Below are positions 1 through 13,399 of a stretch of 64,000 nt of DNA, in pieces. This DNA is from Lama guanicoe (Eukaryota): the NCBI GenBank assembly GCA_013239625.1, contig MU056000.1:14037787-14101786 (forward strand), read 5' to 3'. The notes under the pieces were generated by a model. It did no database searches and had not been told where the DNA came from. It was given only the letters and a program-made list of their open reading frames with translations. Position 1 is the stretch's first letter. The number at the start of each line of letters is the position of its first letter. The position numbers and the translations under genes are program-made.

Positions 1-639
1 GGAAGTTTTTCCAGAGGAAGAGACACTGAGTCTCAATTTACATTTCTTTATCTCCGTCCCTACAAAAGGATGAAAGTTCTTCAAGATACTTTTTAATTGT
101 CATCAACATTTTTTCTGTAATCATTTGCATTCTGGATTTAACCCCATCACTCAACAGAAAGTATTCTAAGATCAGCACACACATCCTAGCTGTTGAAAAT
201 GTTATTAAATGACGTTTTTTTTAAAGGAGAGGGCCAATTTAAGAACATGACAATGCTAACACAAAGTGCAAAACTCTCTAATATTGAGTCCTCACTCGGG
301 AAATGCAGCATGTGGGAATGGTGAAGATTTTTTAATGAAATAAATTGTAGAATGAGGGACAGTGAGGAAGAGAATATAAGCTATCTTGCTAAGTTTTTCT
401 GTGCAGGAATATGAAGTTAATCCACCCAGAGCTGAGCCCACATAGCTGCACATTGAAATAAAAATTCTGCAGTTTGCTATTGTGCATAAATTTTCCTCTC
501 AGTTAAGCTTGCTAAGAATAGAAATGTTATTCAGAAATTTTTGAATCATAAACTCCACATTACTCAGTCATAAGCCTGAACTCATTTGAGATCTTCTGTT
601 GTCTTTCTTATCAGGTTGAATAATCAGAGCTCCCCTACC

Positions 640-1400
640 TCCACTTAATCACTCGAGATTAAATCACATGCATTGATGCTGAGTTTTCTTGATTTCTCCT
701 CACTAAAGCTTTCTAAAATCTTTTGATTCTACCTCCTTAAAATTGCCCAACTCTCCACCCCACCAGCGTCCATCACAGTTACCACTGAGTTAATTTGCAC
801 TCTCATACTTTCTAATTTAGATTATTGTATTTATCCCCTAAGTGTTCCCATTATCTCTTTCTGTTTCTGTTCCATCCACATTCTATTCACACTACAGTTC
901 AGCATGTGACTTCTAAAATTTGCATTTGATCGTTTCAAGAACAAACCACTTGAGAGCTTCCCACAGCCTTCAGATGGAATACCTCTCCATCTGGCTCATG
1001 TCTGCATGTCCAACTTGATCTACTCACACTTTACCATTGACACTAAATTTCAGCCAAACCAAACGAGATAATCTGGCTCCCAAAGAGCCAGGCTGTCCAC
1101 ACCTGATCCCCTTCAAACTCAATCTTTTCTGGTTACCCGCCCAGAGATAGGTAGTTTCCTATATGTTGTGAAGTTTCCTTTGAATTTTTCATTCAAATAA
1201 GTAGCCATTCCTTTGTGATGCCAAAGAACCCCTTGCTTGCCTATATTCATCACTTAACCACATATTGCCATATTTTCAAGAAATGCCCCACCTCTCCTAC
1301 TTTACTTGACTCTCATTGATGGCAGGAGATGAATTTTATATATTTTCATGTCTCCAGCACTCAACATGCATCTGATCTCCAAGGACTATTATTTAAGAAT
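640..1400 (+). mobile_element. Highly decayed LINE-2 (L2) fragment
   Basis: Pyrimidine-rich decayed sequence with L2-like 3' motifs (cttgcttgcc..., tctccagcactcaacatgca...atttaagaatgaaat); boundaries approximate. Confidence 0.45.
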
Positions 1401-1726
1401 GAAATACGATCATTGAAATTTTCATAAATAAATTCATGATATATTATAATGTATCAAATAGGAAGCAAAGAAATTAAAATTATAAACCAGAGTCAAAATA
1501 TTAAAATAATACCAAACGGAAGTTGGCTTGACAGGAGGGAAGAGATCTAAAAGCAAAGAGTGAAGAGATAAATACTTTAAAAACTGGGTTTTTTAATCTT
1601 AATTCAGACAACTGACTATTGAAAGCAAAATTAGTAATATTGTAAGATGGGTTTTATAAGGTAATTTGACTAAAAGATATGGCAGAAGTGGAAAAAAATG
1701 GAATGGGCAGATAAATATATTCATGC

Positions 1727-2191
1727 TGTTGTAAACAAAGACTGTTGCTCACCAACCAATCCAGCAAGGATGAAGTCAGTAGCTGCTGCAGGAGCTGACC
1801 GACCATGCACCCTGGGACCTCAGGATGCACAGAAAACAGGATGAGGCCATCTGTGCTTTGGAAAAACAGGTCCTTAGATAGTTAGATGTATATCTCAGGA
1901 GGAATTTTAATGAACCCAGATTCTTATATCTTCTCGTATATAGAAAAACATTAAAATCAATTGAGATACCTGTTCTTTGTAACTACTGGTAATTTTTTAC
2001 CAGGATGTATTCCTGACTGCATGGACTCCCTAGTCAAAAGTCATATATAGACACTGGTTTCTCTACTGTCCCTTTGGAGCAGTCCCCTCAGAGTTACTGA
2101 GAGGCTGTCTCCCAAGGTACAGTCCTCAATAAGATCTGAATAAAACTTAAACTCACAGCTCTTAAGTTGCCTGTTTTTCTTTCAGTAGACA
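1727..2191 (+). mobile_element. Solo ERV (class I-like) LTR
   Basis: TG start (1727 or 1730), CA end (cagtagaca, 2191), TATA-like tcatatatag at 2041, AATAAA at 2139-2144 followed by a T-rich U5; GC-richer than flanks; no clean TSD. Confidence 0.75.
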
Positions 2192-2586
2192 TTGGCATGA
2201 AGGTATTGCGTTGGCGAAGGGGGAACTTTGAAGGGTGAAGTGAAAGTTGAAAAGCAAGAAATGTCATTCATGAAAAGGGCAGAGGGAACAGAGTGGCATA
2301 TATGAAGTGTCAGATGTGAAGGGATACAATATTGATTCAGATAGACTTATACGTCATAAATGAATGTTATTTAGCACTAGAACAAACATTACATACTAAT
2401 AAAGTGATGCATAACTAAATAGTCAATAGAAGAATTAAGCAAAATAATTAAAAAAAAGTTTGAATAAACCAAGATAAGGTAGAAAGCAATATTAGGCAAC
2501 AGAAACAGATTAGGACAAAGTAAGGATAAAAACAATATTGACAATGTCTACCAATCCTATCAGTCATCATATTAAGTATACATAAA

Positions 2587-5178
2587 CAACAGATTTCACC
2601 AAAAATGGTAAAGACCTCTAAAATTTTCTCCTCCAGAAAAGCAGTAAAAGTTGTAAGAATCAACTTTTTCAGAGCTCTGGAAATTAACCAAAGACTTGTC
2701 GTATTCCAGGGAGATGTAAACAAGAAAAACAGCTGAGTCTTGGTGTGAACAGTGAGTTTTGTGGTGTTTTAATATGTCTATTTCCATCCTCCCTCTACCC
2801 CCGACAGCTCCACAGTAGTCTTGAAAAGCAACATCCTAAAATCACAGAAAAACCTACAAGGAGAAGTCTAGGACCAGAAAGCCTCACTGATTATTTTTAC
2901 CAAACAGTGAACTAATTAACATCACTCCTTTATAAACTTCTCTAAAAAAAAATTTACAATTCATTACATGAGGCCAGCATTATACTGACACCAAAACCGA
3001 TAGAAATACCAGAAAGAGACAAAATCTACAGATCAATATACCTTTTGGGGACGCAACAATCTTCAACAAATATTAGCAAATCAAATCCAGCAACATACCA
3101 AAAGATTATAACCAGGATTAAGTGTGATTTACCCAGGAAAACAAGGTTGTTTAAAACATACCATAATAAATCTATAAAATACAACATACTGGCATTATAA
3201 AGGACAAATTATATGATTGTCTCATGGATTCTGAAAAACCATTTGACAAAATCTGACACCCTTTCATGATAAAAAACAATGAGCAAAGGAATAGAAGGTA
3301 GCATCCTCAACCTGATGGACTGCATCTACAACAGACCAACAGTTAACATCATAATTAACAGTGAAAGACTGAAAGCTCTCTTCCAAGGATCAAAAGCAAG
3401 ACACTCTTGGCAATGCCAACTCTATTCAACTGGAGGTTCTAGTCAGGGCACTCAGGTAGGACAAAAAAAAAAAAAAAGGGAATCCACTTTAGGAGAAACA
3501 AAACAAAACAAAACTATCTGTATTTACAGATCACATGATTTTTTTGAATAGACAAAATCCTAAACAGACCACCAAAATTAATAGAGCTGAAAATAAAACA
3601 AAACAAGTTCAGCAAGTTTTAAGATACAAGATGAATATAAAAAAATAAATTTTATTTCTATAGACTAGCAATAAATAGTTAAATTTAAATTAAGAAATCA
3701 ATTTAAAATAGCATTAATGATAATAAAACATTTAGGAATAAATATAATAAAAGTAGAGTAAATGCATAGTATAAAAACTATAAAATATTCCCGAAAAAAA
3801 ATGTAAAAGGCCCAAATTGTTCATCAGTCGGAAAATTAAATATTGTTAATTATGCAATATTTATGTTAATCTCCACCAAAATCCTAACTTTTTTGTAGAA
3901 ATTTCCAAGCTGTATGTAAAATTCATATAGAAATACAAGGTATCCTAAATAGCCAAAATAATTTTGACGAAGAACAAATTTGGAAAACTAGACAGTTTAG
4001 GCTCCAAAACTTACTATAAAGCCACAGACTCAAGGACATGTGTGGTACCAGGACAAGGATGAGCACAGATCAGTGGAATAGAAATAAAAGTTCAGAAATA
4101 AACCCATGCCTTAAGGTCAACTGATGTTCAATATGTTTGTCAAGACAATTTAATGGAGGAAAGAATACTCTTTCCAACAAATTTGGAAGGACAACTGGAT
4201 ATACATATGCAAAAAATGAAATTGCACCCCAGTCTCACATCACATATCAAATCAAATCAAAGTGGATTTAAAAAAAAAAACAAAAAAAAACACTGAAAGT
4301 AAGAGCTAAACCTGAAAAAAAAATCTTAATAGAAAACCAAGGCGTAAGTTTTTGTAACATTGGGATAGGCAATGTTTTCTAGCTATGACACCAAAAGCAC
4401 AAGCAACCAAACAAAACAAAAATGACTGAACATTATCAACATTAAAAACTCTAGCACTTCAAAGCACACTATGAAGGAAGTGAAAAGACCACTCGGAGTG
4501 GGAGGACTATTTCAAGCCATACATCTAATAAGGGTCTAATATCTAGAATCTATAAATGACATTGAAAACTCAACAATAAAAAGACAAATAGCCCAAACGA
4601 AAAACTTACAAAAATACTGAACACACATTTCTCAAAAGAATCTATCTGCATAACCAACAAGTCCATAAAAAGGTGATCACCATCATTCGGTAGTCATTAG
4701 GAAATGCAAATTAAAACTGAAATAAGCTAACACTTCACACCCACTAGGATTTTTTAAAGATTTTAAAAAGATAGAAAATACAAGTGTTCACAAGGATGTG
4801 CAGACATTTGAAGGTTCATACATTTCTGACAGAAGTATAAGATGGTATAGTCATTCTGAGAAACATTTAGCAACTCTTCAAAGTGTCACATTTTTATTTA
4901 CCATATGACCCAGCGATTCTAGCTTTCAGTGTGTACCCAAGAGAAATGAAAATAAATTTCATACAACTTCTAAATAAACGTGGTTGCCAGGGGCTGGGGC
5001 ATGGAGGGTGGCTACTAATGAGTATGAGGATTTGGGGAGGTGATATAAATATTCTCAGATTAGAGAGCTGTGATAGTTACGTACCTTAGTGTATATGTTA
5101 AAAGCCAGTGAATTGTAAAATTTAAAGTGGATGAATATTATATTTGGTGATTTAAATCTCAACAGAAAACTAATCAAC
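2587..5178 (+). mobile_element. Nested old LINE-1 (L1MC/L1MD-like): 5' end fused to ORF2 RT through the 3' UTR
   Basis: 2590-2850 resembles an L1M 5' end (caactttttcagagctctggaaattaaccaaag); at ~2868 ctaggaccagaaagcctcactg (PGPDGFT-like) begins RT; 3' UTR ends ~5170; flanked by tacataaa at 2579-2586 and 5179-5186. Confidence 0.75.
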
Positions 5179-5910
5179 TACATAAATATACTATATACCA
5201 ATTAAAAGGCAGAAATTGTTAGATTGAGTTAAAAAAAAAGACCCAGCTACCTGCTGCCTTCAGTAATGTACTTTAAATGAAAATAGATCAGAAGGCTGAA
5301 AGAAAAGAATAAAAAGTGATATACAAGCTAATCATAATTATAAAAAAGCAAAGCTTATGCATATCAGACAAACTATACTGCAATACACAGTATATTATAA
5401 GAGATAAAGGAAAAACATCATGATTCATCAAGAGCAAATAAAAATCCAAAATATGCATACACCTAATTACAGAACACAAAAATTCATGAAGCAAAAATTG
5501 ACATAATTAACAGGAGGAACAGAGTAATCCAATTAAAGGTGCTAAATTTAACATATCACTCTCAGTGAATGATAGAATAAATACACAAAATTATAAAGGA
5601 ATGAGAAAACCATGATTATATTATTTATCAATTTAACCAAATTGATTTTATAAAACACTGTGCTTAACAACTGCATGAAGCATGAAACATATTCTTGTCA
5701 AACTCAGAAGAAATGTTTAGAGAGAACATATGCTTGACTATACAAGTAACAATAAATTTCCAAAGGATGTAAACTAACAGAGCATGCTATCTGATGAAAA
5801 TGGAAAAACATACAAATGGATGAAAATAAGATACACAGAAAAAGACAAATATTTGGAGTTAAATAACATACCTCTAAATAAAATAAGGGGAGTCAAAAGA
5901 AGATTTAACA

Positions 5911-6163
5911 AAAATAAATGAGACTACATCAAACTGAAAAGCTTTTGCACAGTGAAAGAAACTTAAGAGTTAAACCCTAAGAGTTCTCACCAGAAGGAAA
6001 AATATAATTTTTCTTTAGTTTTGTATGAGATCCATATGAGACGATGGATATTTACTGAACTCATTGTGAAAATCATTTCATGGATGCATGTAAGTCAAAT
6101 CATTATCCTGTACTTATACAGTGCTGTGTATCAATTATATCCTGATATAACTGGAAGAAAAAT
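5911..6163 (+). mobile_element. Short nested LINE-1 insertion with TSD
   Basis: ORF2 piece (atcaaactgaaaagcttttgcacag) joined to an L1 3' terminus; 15-bp TSD aaagaagatttaaca (5896-5910) / aaagaagaattaaca (6164-6178). Confidence 0.8.
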
Positions 6164-6275
6164 AAAGAAGAATTAACATGTTGAATTGAAACATAAAGAA
6201 AATACAATATATCCAAATATATGGGATACAGCTAAAGCTATGTTTAGAGAGAATCGTATGGTTTAAATGTATATA

Positions 6276-6495
6276 TGGTTGACCCTTGGACAACATGGGG
6301 GTTAGGGGTGCTGAACCTCCAGGCAGCTGAGAATCTACAGATAACTTTGCAGTTGGCCCTCCATATTCTTGGTTCTACGTTCACATACTCTACAACTGTG
6401 GACTGTGTAGTACTGCAGGAAGTATTTATTGAAAAAAAAATCTGTGTATAAGTGGACTCATGCAGTTCAAATCTGTATTGTTCAAGGGTCAACTT
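6276..6495. mobile_element. Tigger2-family MITE (TcMar-Tigger)
   Basis: Terminal inverted repeats (t)ggttgacccttggacaac ... ttgttcaagggtcaact(t), flanked by TA on both sides. Confidence 0.85.
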
Positions 6496-6605
6496 TAGTA
6501 TAGAAAATGTCCAAAAGCATTGATTTAAATTTCTACATCAAGATGATAGAAAAAAGATTAAACTTCAGGAATCTAGACAAAAAATAGTTCTACATCTTTG
6601 CCATT

Positions 6606-6792
6606 AAGAAAACTCAACACTATAGTTTAGACCACATAATTCTTTACTAAGGGAGGTCTTCCTGCACATTGTTGGATGTTTACTAGAATTTGTATCATCT
6701 ACCCACCTTTTGCCAGTACCAGTTTATCACAGTCTCTAGATACTCCCAAATGTCACCTGGGAAGCCAAACTACCACTAGGTAAGAACACCTG
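6606..6792. mobile_element. MER20-like hAT-Charlie MITE
   Basis: Motifs cctgcacattgttggatgttt, tctacccac...tgccagta, cccaaatgtcacctggg...agaacacctg resemble the MER20 consensus. Confidence 0.7.
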
Positions 6793-8094
6793 CTTGAGGC
6801 ACAATTTCACCACTGAATGCTTTTAAACATTTAAGCAAGAGAAAATACCAACATGACATGGTCCCCTCCAGAAAATAAAGACTGCTTCCAAACATATTTT
6901 ATGAAAACAATATTGTTTTGATGTTAAACCAGGAAACTATTAAAGTCAAATACCCCTTATAAAAATACATGGATTATATTTTATAATATATAAATAAGCA
7001 AATCAAATCCAGCATTATATGAAATGAATAGCATACCATGAGCAAGTGAAGTCGATGACATTCATAAAAAGTTTGTTTTGCATTCAAAAAATCCCAAAAA
7101 TGAAATTAATCACTTCAACACAGTTAAGGACAATAATTACATGGTTATCTCAATAAATGCATAAGAGGCATTCAACAAAAGTTAATGTGCATTCATGACA
7201 CACTCAACACATTAGAAATGGAAGGAAATTCAAACCTGATAAGCAGCACTTCAGAGAGGTAAAGCTAACATCAGACTTTGCCATGAAAGACAAACATCCA
7301 GGTATCTTTCCTGATAAGATTGAGCATGTGAGCATGTGCATTTTTACTATTTATATTCAACATCATATTGAAAGTCTTAGACATTACAATCGAACAAAAT
7401 AAAACAAACAAGAAAATCTACACGGATCAGAAAGGAAGAAGTAACCTGCCTGTATTCATGGATAGCATATTCATCTTCCTGTAAAACGCTAAGGAATCTA
7501 TGTGTACAGACACACTCACACAAAGTAACTATCCTGGTGAATTTAACAAAGTCAGAGGATCCAAGGATGGTATTTAAAAGCTGAATGTCTTTCCACATAC
7601 TAGCAACAAAAATAAAATTAAGACATTTATGAATATAATTTATGATAGCATCAAAAAGCCTAAATACTTAGGAATAAATTTAAAGAAAGTTGTGTAAAGA
7701 TCCCTTTACTTCAAACTACAAACTACTGCTTGAAAATTTTAAAAAGACAAAAAGACAGCTCTAGTATATTCATAGATTGGAAGGGTCCACCAAATTGTCA
7801 TTTTTTTTTTTTACTACAATTGATCCATGGAGTATATGATATTCTAATCAATATCACCCTGGGACTTTTTGTAGAAATTGATAAGCTGAATCTAAAAATT
7901 ATATGGAATTGCTAATGACTTACAGTAGTAAAAGTAATTTTTGAAAAGAACATAATTGGCAGATTCTCACTATTTGATTTCAGATCTCATAGGGAAACTA
8001 CATTTGTATACTGCATTTATGATAATTTGAATTTCAACAAAGTTTATAATATAACTTCATAATTTAATTTAATGAAAAGTACTATAATTTAATA

Positions 8095-8652
8095 GGGACA
8101 TTTCTTCAAAAGTTCAAGGAAAAGAAGCAGATGGATCTCCAAAATTCTAATAACAAGATGCCAGCTAAGAAAACTACTCAGCTGCAGATACATTCTGACT
8201 TTTATGTAAAAGAGGAAGGATGACACAGTCTCAGAAAAGAGACTCCAGAGGGTGGTGTCATGATTATTCCTACACCTAGAGACCTAATTAAGGAACTTCC
8301 AGTATCTGCCTGACTGAATTTCAAATTTGCTATGGGCCAGTGACTCCTCTGTGTCTCCAGTTTGTTCTTTTTGAATATATGTTAGTTTTCCTATGCATGT
8401 ACTGTCATTGTGTGTATGGTGCAAATAATGTCTTTATATTTGCATAGAATGACAAATCAAAAAGAAATATATTAAAGGATATGTGCTTCAGGAGCTGTAC
8501 CCAAAGAGCCACATCTGCAGCTGGACTTGAATTAGATGATGAAATTGTGGATGTTAAGCTAACACTATAATGGGATGATACCTGTGGGGATCTTGGGTGG
8601 AAAGTGTATTTTGTAGGAGAAACATGAATCAATGGGGAGTCAGAGGGCAGAA
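8095..8652 (+). mobile_element. MaLR internal sequence (MLT1-int, 3' part)
   Basis: Typical MLT-int 3' motifs, ending in the purine tract ggggagtcagagggcagaa directly before the LTR TG. Confidence 0.7.
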
Positions 8653-9192
8653 TGTGGTAGGCAGCTATTGGAATTACCCATAATAATTACTGTCTCCTGC
8701 TGTTTACACACTTTTGTAATTTCCTATCCTTAAATATGAGTGGGACATAGTAACTTCTTCTAATTGGATAAAAGTGATGAGTTGTCATGTTGAAAAATAC
8801 TTATAAAAACTATTGGCTTCTGCCATGGCTGTGCATTCTTGTCATTTGTAATTCTTTGTTGCTCTCCTTCCTTCTTGGAGCCCTGAGGGAAGCAAGATAA
8901 CCACGCATGAGAATCCCTGTAGATTAGCTTACACAGCAAGATGTCTCCAACTAATTGACTACGTGGACCTAACACCTCCCAAACAGACATATGAGTGAAC
9001 TTGGATGAGGATATTTTGCAAAATTTGTCCTCAAGATGACTGCAGCCCCACCAGTCAACTTGATCTTATGAAAGATTCTGAATCCAGACATACCTGAATT
9101 CCCAACTTGCAGAAATTGTGAGATAATAAATATTTGCTGTTTTCAGCCACTGAATATTTGGGAAATAAGTAATCCACTAGTGATGGATAAAG
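8653..9192 (+). mobile_element. MLT1F-like MaLR LTR
   Basis: Starts tgtggtagg; tctcctgctgtttacacac...ttgtaat motif; 3' end agaaattgtgagataataaatatttgctgttttcagccact. Confidence 0.8.
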
Positions 9193-9204
9193 GTCTATTT
9201 CAAA

Positions 9205-9420
9205 ACAGTATGCTGAATAAAATAAGCCAAATGCAAAAAAGCACATATATTTGTTCCATTTGTATGAATGTGTAGAATAGATAAAACTAAGCTACAGTTA
9301 GATAAGTCACACCAGTGGTTGTCAGGAGGAGGGGGTGTAGCTGATTGCCACGTTTTCATTATCTTGACTGGGATGGTTTACAGAATTTTCAAATGTCTTC
9401 AGACTTTGCACTTATTATAG
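9205..9420 (+). mobile_element. Old L1 (L1ME/MC-like) 3' UTR fragment
   Basis: tatgctgaataaaataagccaaatgcaaaaaagcacatat...tccatttgtatgaa motif. Confidence 0.6.
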
Positions 9421-10094
9421 TCCCATTATATTTTCATACACGGTGTACCTCTTTTTTATTATTCATAATTATACAAATTTCTTAAGCTTCAAGAATATAC
9501 TACAACAGTTACTACATAAAAAAGATAATTATTGATATAGATAGTATACCCACCATTGAACTTACAATCTAAAATAAAATACAGCAAGAATGCAATAAGT
9601 TTACTTCAAAATTTCCTTAACTTACTAAGGTTATTTTGGCGAATGAATGAGGTAAAATGATCTATCATTTCAGGTGCAGTGTTAATAAGGCTTTGAACAT
9701 GACCCACTTCACTCATACCCAAACATATTTCTCAATTATATTAGGCTTGGTAAGAAAAATAATACTTAGAAATTTGGTAAGAACAACAAATTATTTGAAA
9801 CTGCCTTGTAGGACTTTAAACTTAAAACTTGAAAATAAAAGTCTACCTTGAAAAAGTAAAGGTTTATAATTGTTCTACAGCTTACTGGATATAGAAATAC
9901 TCAGATTCTTTTCCATTCTGTATCCTCTTTGTAGGATCTATTTAAATAATTTTCCTTTAAAATGTTCCTTCCTTCTTATAGAACTATGATCCTACAGTTA
10001 ATGAATTAGTATCTTGAGCCAACTTCGGAGTGATAGAACCTTACTGTCACTCTTTTTCCTACAAAAAACATAGAAACTACATTTATTTTGTGCT

Positions 10095-10370
10095 TATTAT
10101 ATCCTCCAAACGTCTATGTCCTATTAATGTTATTTTACAAGAAAAAACAGGCTTTGCTGATGTGAATAAATTAAGAGGAGATAGTCCTGGATTGTCCACA
10201 TTTTTCCAATGTAACAAATGTTCTTATAAGAGAAAGAAAGAGGTGGGAGAGTCAGAGAAAAGATATAATGACAGAAGCAGAAGTCAGGGGGAGAGAGAGA
10301 TAGACAGAAGCATAGAGAGAAATATTTGAAGATGCTATGCTACTTGGCTTAAAGATTTAATAATGGGCTA
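10095..10370 (+). mobile_element. MLT1D-like MaLR LTR, 5' half only
   Basis: ctttgctgatgtgaataaattaag, cttataagagaaag...gtcagaga, tttgaagatgctatgct..ggctt motifs; ends abruptly at the L1 junction. Confidence 0.7.
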
Positions 10371-11510
10371 CATAATGCTTCAGTCATACATGAACATACA
10401 CATATTCATTTTCATATTCTTTTTCACCATAAGTTACTATAAGATATTGAATATAGTTCCCTGTGCTATTCAGTATGAACTTGTTGTTTATCTATTTTAG
10501 ATATGTATAATATATATTTTATTATACGTTACTACAAGATAAAGAATATAGTTTCCTGTGCTATATGGTATAAACTTGCTTATCTATTTCATATATATTA
10601 GTCAGTATCTGCAAATCGCAAACTCCCAATTTATCCCTTCCCACCCCTTCCTTTACCCTCTGGTAACCACAAGTTTGTTTTCTATGTCTGTGAGTCTGTT
10701 TCTGTTTTGTAAATAAGTTTGTTTGTCTTTTTCTTTTGGATTCCACACATAAGTGGCATCATACAGTATTTTTCTTTCTCTTTCTGGCTTACTTCACTTA
10801 GAATGACAATCTCCAGATCCAACCATGTTGCTGCAAATGACACTATTTTATTCTTTTTTTATGGTTGAGTAGCATTCCATTGTATAAGTATACCACAGCT
10901 TCTTTATCCAGTCATCTGTCAATGGACATTTAGGTTGTTTCCATGTCTTGGCTATTGTAAATAGTGCTGCTATGATTGGGGTGCATGTATCTTTTTGAAT
11001 TAAGGTTCACTCTGGATATATGCCCAGGAATGGGATTGCTGGATCATATGGTAAGTGTATTTTTAGTCTTTTGAGGAATCTCCAAACTATTTTCCATATT
11101 GGCTGTACCAAACAATATTCCCACCAACAGTGTAGGAGGGTTCCCTTTTCTCCACAGCCTCTCCAGCATTTATTGTTTATGGACTTCTGAATGATGGCCA
11201 TTCTGACTGGTGTGAGATGATAATTTATTATGCTGTTGATTTGCATTTCTCTGCTAATTAGCAATATTTAGCATTTTTTTAATATGACCATTTGGCTATT
11301 TGTATGTCTTCACTGGAGAATTGCTTGTTTAGGTCTTCTGCCCATTTTTGGATTGGGTTGTTTGGTTTTTTTCTTATTAAGTTGTGTGAGCTATCTATAC
11401 ATTCTGGAAATTAAGCCCTTATCAGTCTCATCTTTTGCAAATATTTTCTCCCATTTTGTAGGTTGTCTTTTTGTTTTGTTTATGGTTTCCTTTGCTGTGC
11501 AAAAGCTTAT

Positions 11511-11513
<3 letters not shown>
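10371..11513 (-). mobile_element. Lineage-specific LINE-1, 3' segment (ORF2 C-terminus and 3' UTR)
   Basis: ORF 11007-11264(-) reads [16 protein letters not shown]...LPYDPAIP (L1 ORF2 cysteine-rich domain); 3' UTR is homologous to 27998-28640. Confidence 0.92.
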
Positions 11514-12120
<607 letters not shown>

Positions 12121-12529
12121 ACCCAATCATGTTGTTGTTGTTAGTTAATTTTCCCAAGGTTACAAAGCAATTATGTAAAGTAATTTAGATCTGAACCACT
12201 TAATTTCAGAACCTGGAGCTTCATATTTAGACAAATGACATTATTGCATAATACACATATGTAGTTAATGAAAAGTCTAAATGGCCTAAATTGTAGATAC
12301 ATTTTCCAGTCTTCTGCAATAGTCATATATTCAATTTAAACATTAATTATATGTATCCTCTGAAATAATGTGAATAACAATCAAAGGCTGATGAATTGTA
12401 CAATATTTCTATTATACTTTTCTTCTGTTATTTACAGCATATGCCATGTAACTTACATAGATCACATCTTTCTACATGATGGGGGTTACATAAAAGTGAT
12501 TCCTCGTGTCTGTTTTATATTTCAGCAGC

Positions 12530-13335
12530 TATATATTCAACACTTAGTAAGCACCAACTAATCTGAACAACTATTAAGGGCCAGACCGTATAAAAGTACA
12601 AATTCAAGGACGAATAAAAGAGCATTCATGTTTAAGTTCTAGAGCCTACAAAACAAGATCAGATCAGGAGAACTCTGAAGAAGCTGGGAGGGCTCAGACT
12701 CTTGAATGACGTGTCAAGGAGTTCAAAGGTTTTTACTGAAAGAAGATAAAAACTCTGCAATTATGTTGACTTTGAAAGGGGGATGTATATGTAGAGAGAG
12801 AGTCAATGACAGAAGGAAAAATGAATTTTGGAGCGACAAAGCAATGTAGAGTTTGGTTAAAAAGAGACAGACTGTGGAAAACCTGACGAGTTAAGAGGCT
12901 GCAAACACAGCTTTGACATGCAGAGACATTAGAGAGACAGTAAACAGGCCTTATATTTAAAGCCTAGAATTGTACTGATTTTATAACATAAGAAACAACA
13001 GGTAGAGTCAAGAGTGGCAATTTGTTTATGATCTTGGAGACTGAGAAGATTATGTCTCTTACAGATGAAAAGCAACATAGGAGACACCAAAATCCAGGGG
13101 TGGATTTTAAAATAGAAGATGATATGAATAAAATGATAGTTGGGGAAAACTGAGCTTTGAGCCATCTATAAACTCAAAGTGGATCTGGGCAGGTGACAGG
13201 TAAATGGCACATCAGAAAATAAAAGATATGGAGTATAAATCTAAAGGCTCTCATAGATGGTAATTTAATCCAGAAAACAGATGAGAGCCCAAAACACTGG
13301 TAAAAACACAGAAGCATCAATATTTAAGGAAAGAG
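12530..13335 (-). mobile_element. Decayed L2 fragment
   Basis: attcaacacttagtaagcacc L2 3'-end-like motif followed by purine-rich decayed L2 body. Confidence 0.5.
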
Positions 13336-13399
13336 CAGATAAACACTCACACCTCTAAACACACATATATTAAAAAGAAAAGAAAAAGAAAGAAAGAAC

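Larger units (their letters stand above)
2420..8000 (+). mobile_element. Old fragmented LINE-1 (ORF2 endonuclease to RT) interrupted by several nested inserts
   Basis: ORF2 start (SIITLNVN-like) at ~2557-2586 resumes at ~5190 with a PIKRQ..W..KKDP..CCL-like endonuclease motif; RT and post-RT remnants at 6800-8000; many stops and frameshifts. Confidence 0.8.
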
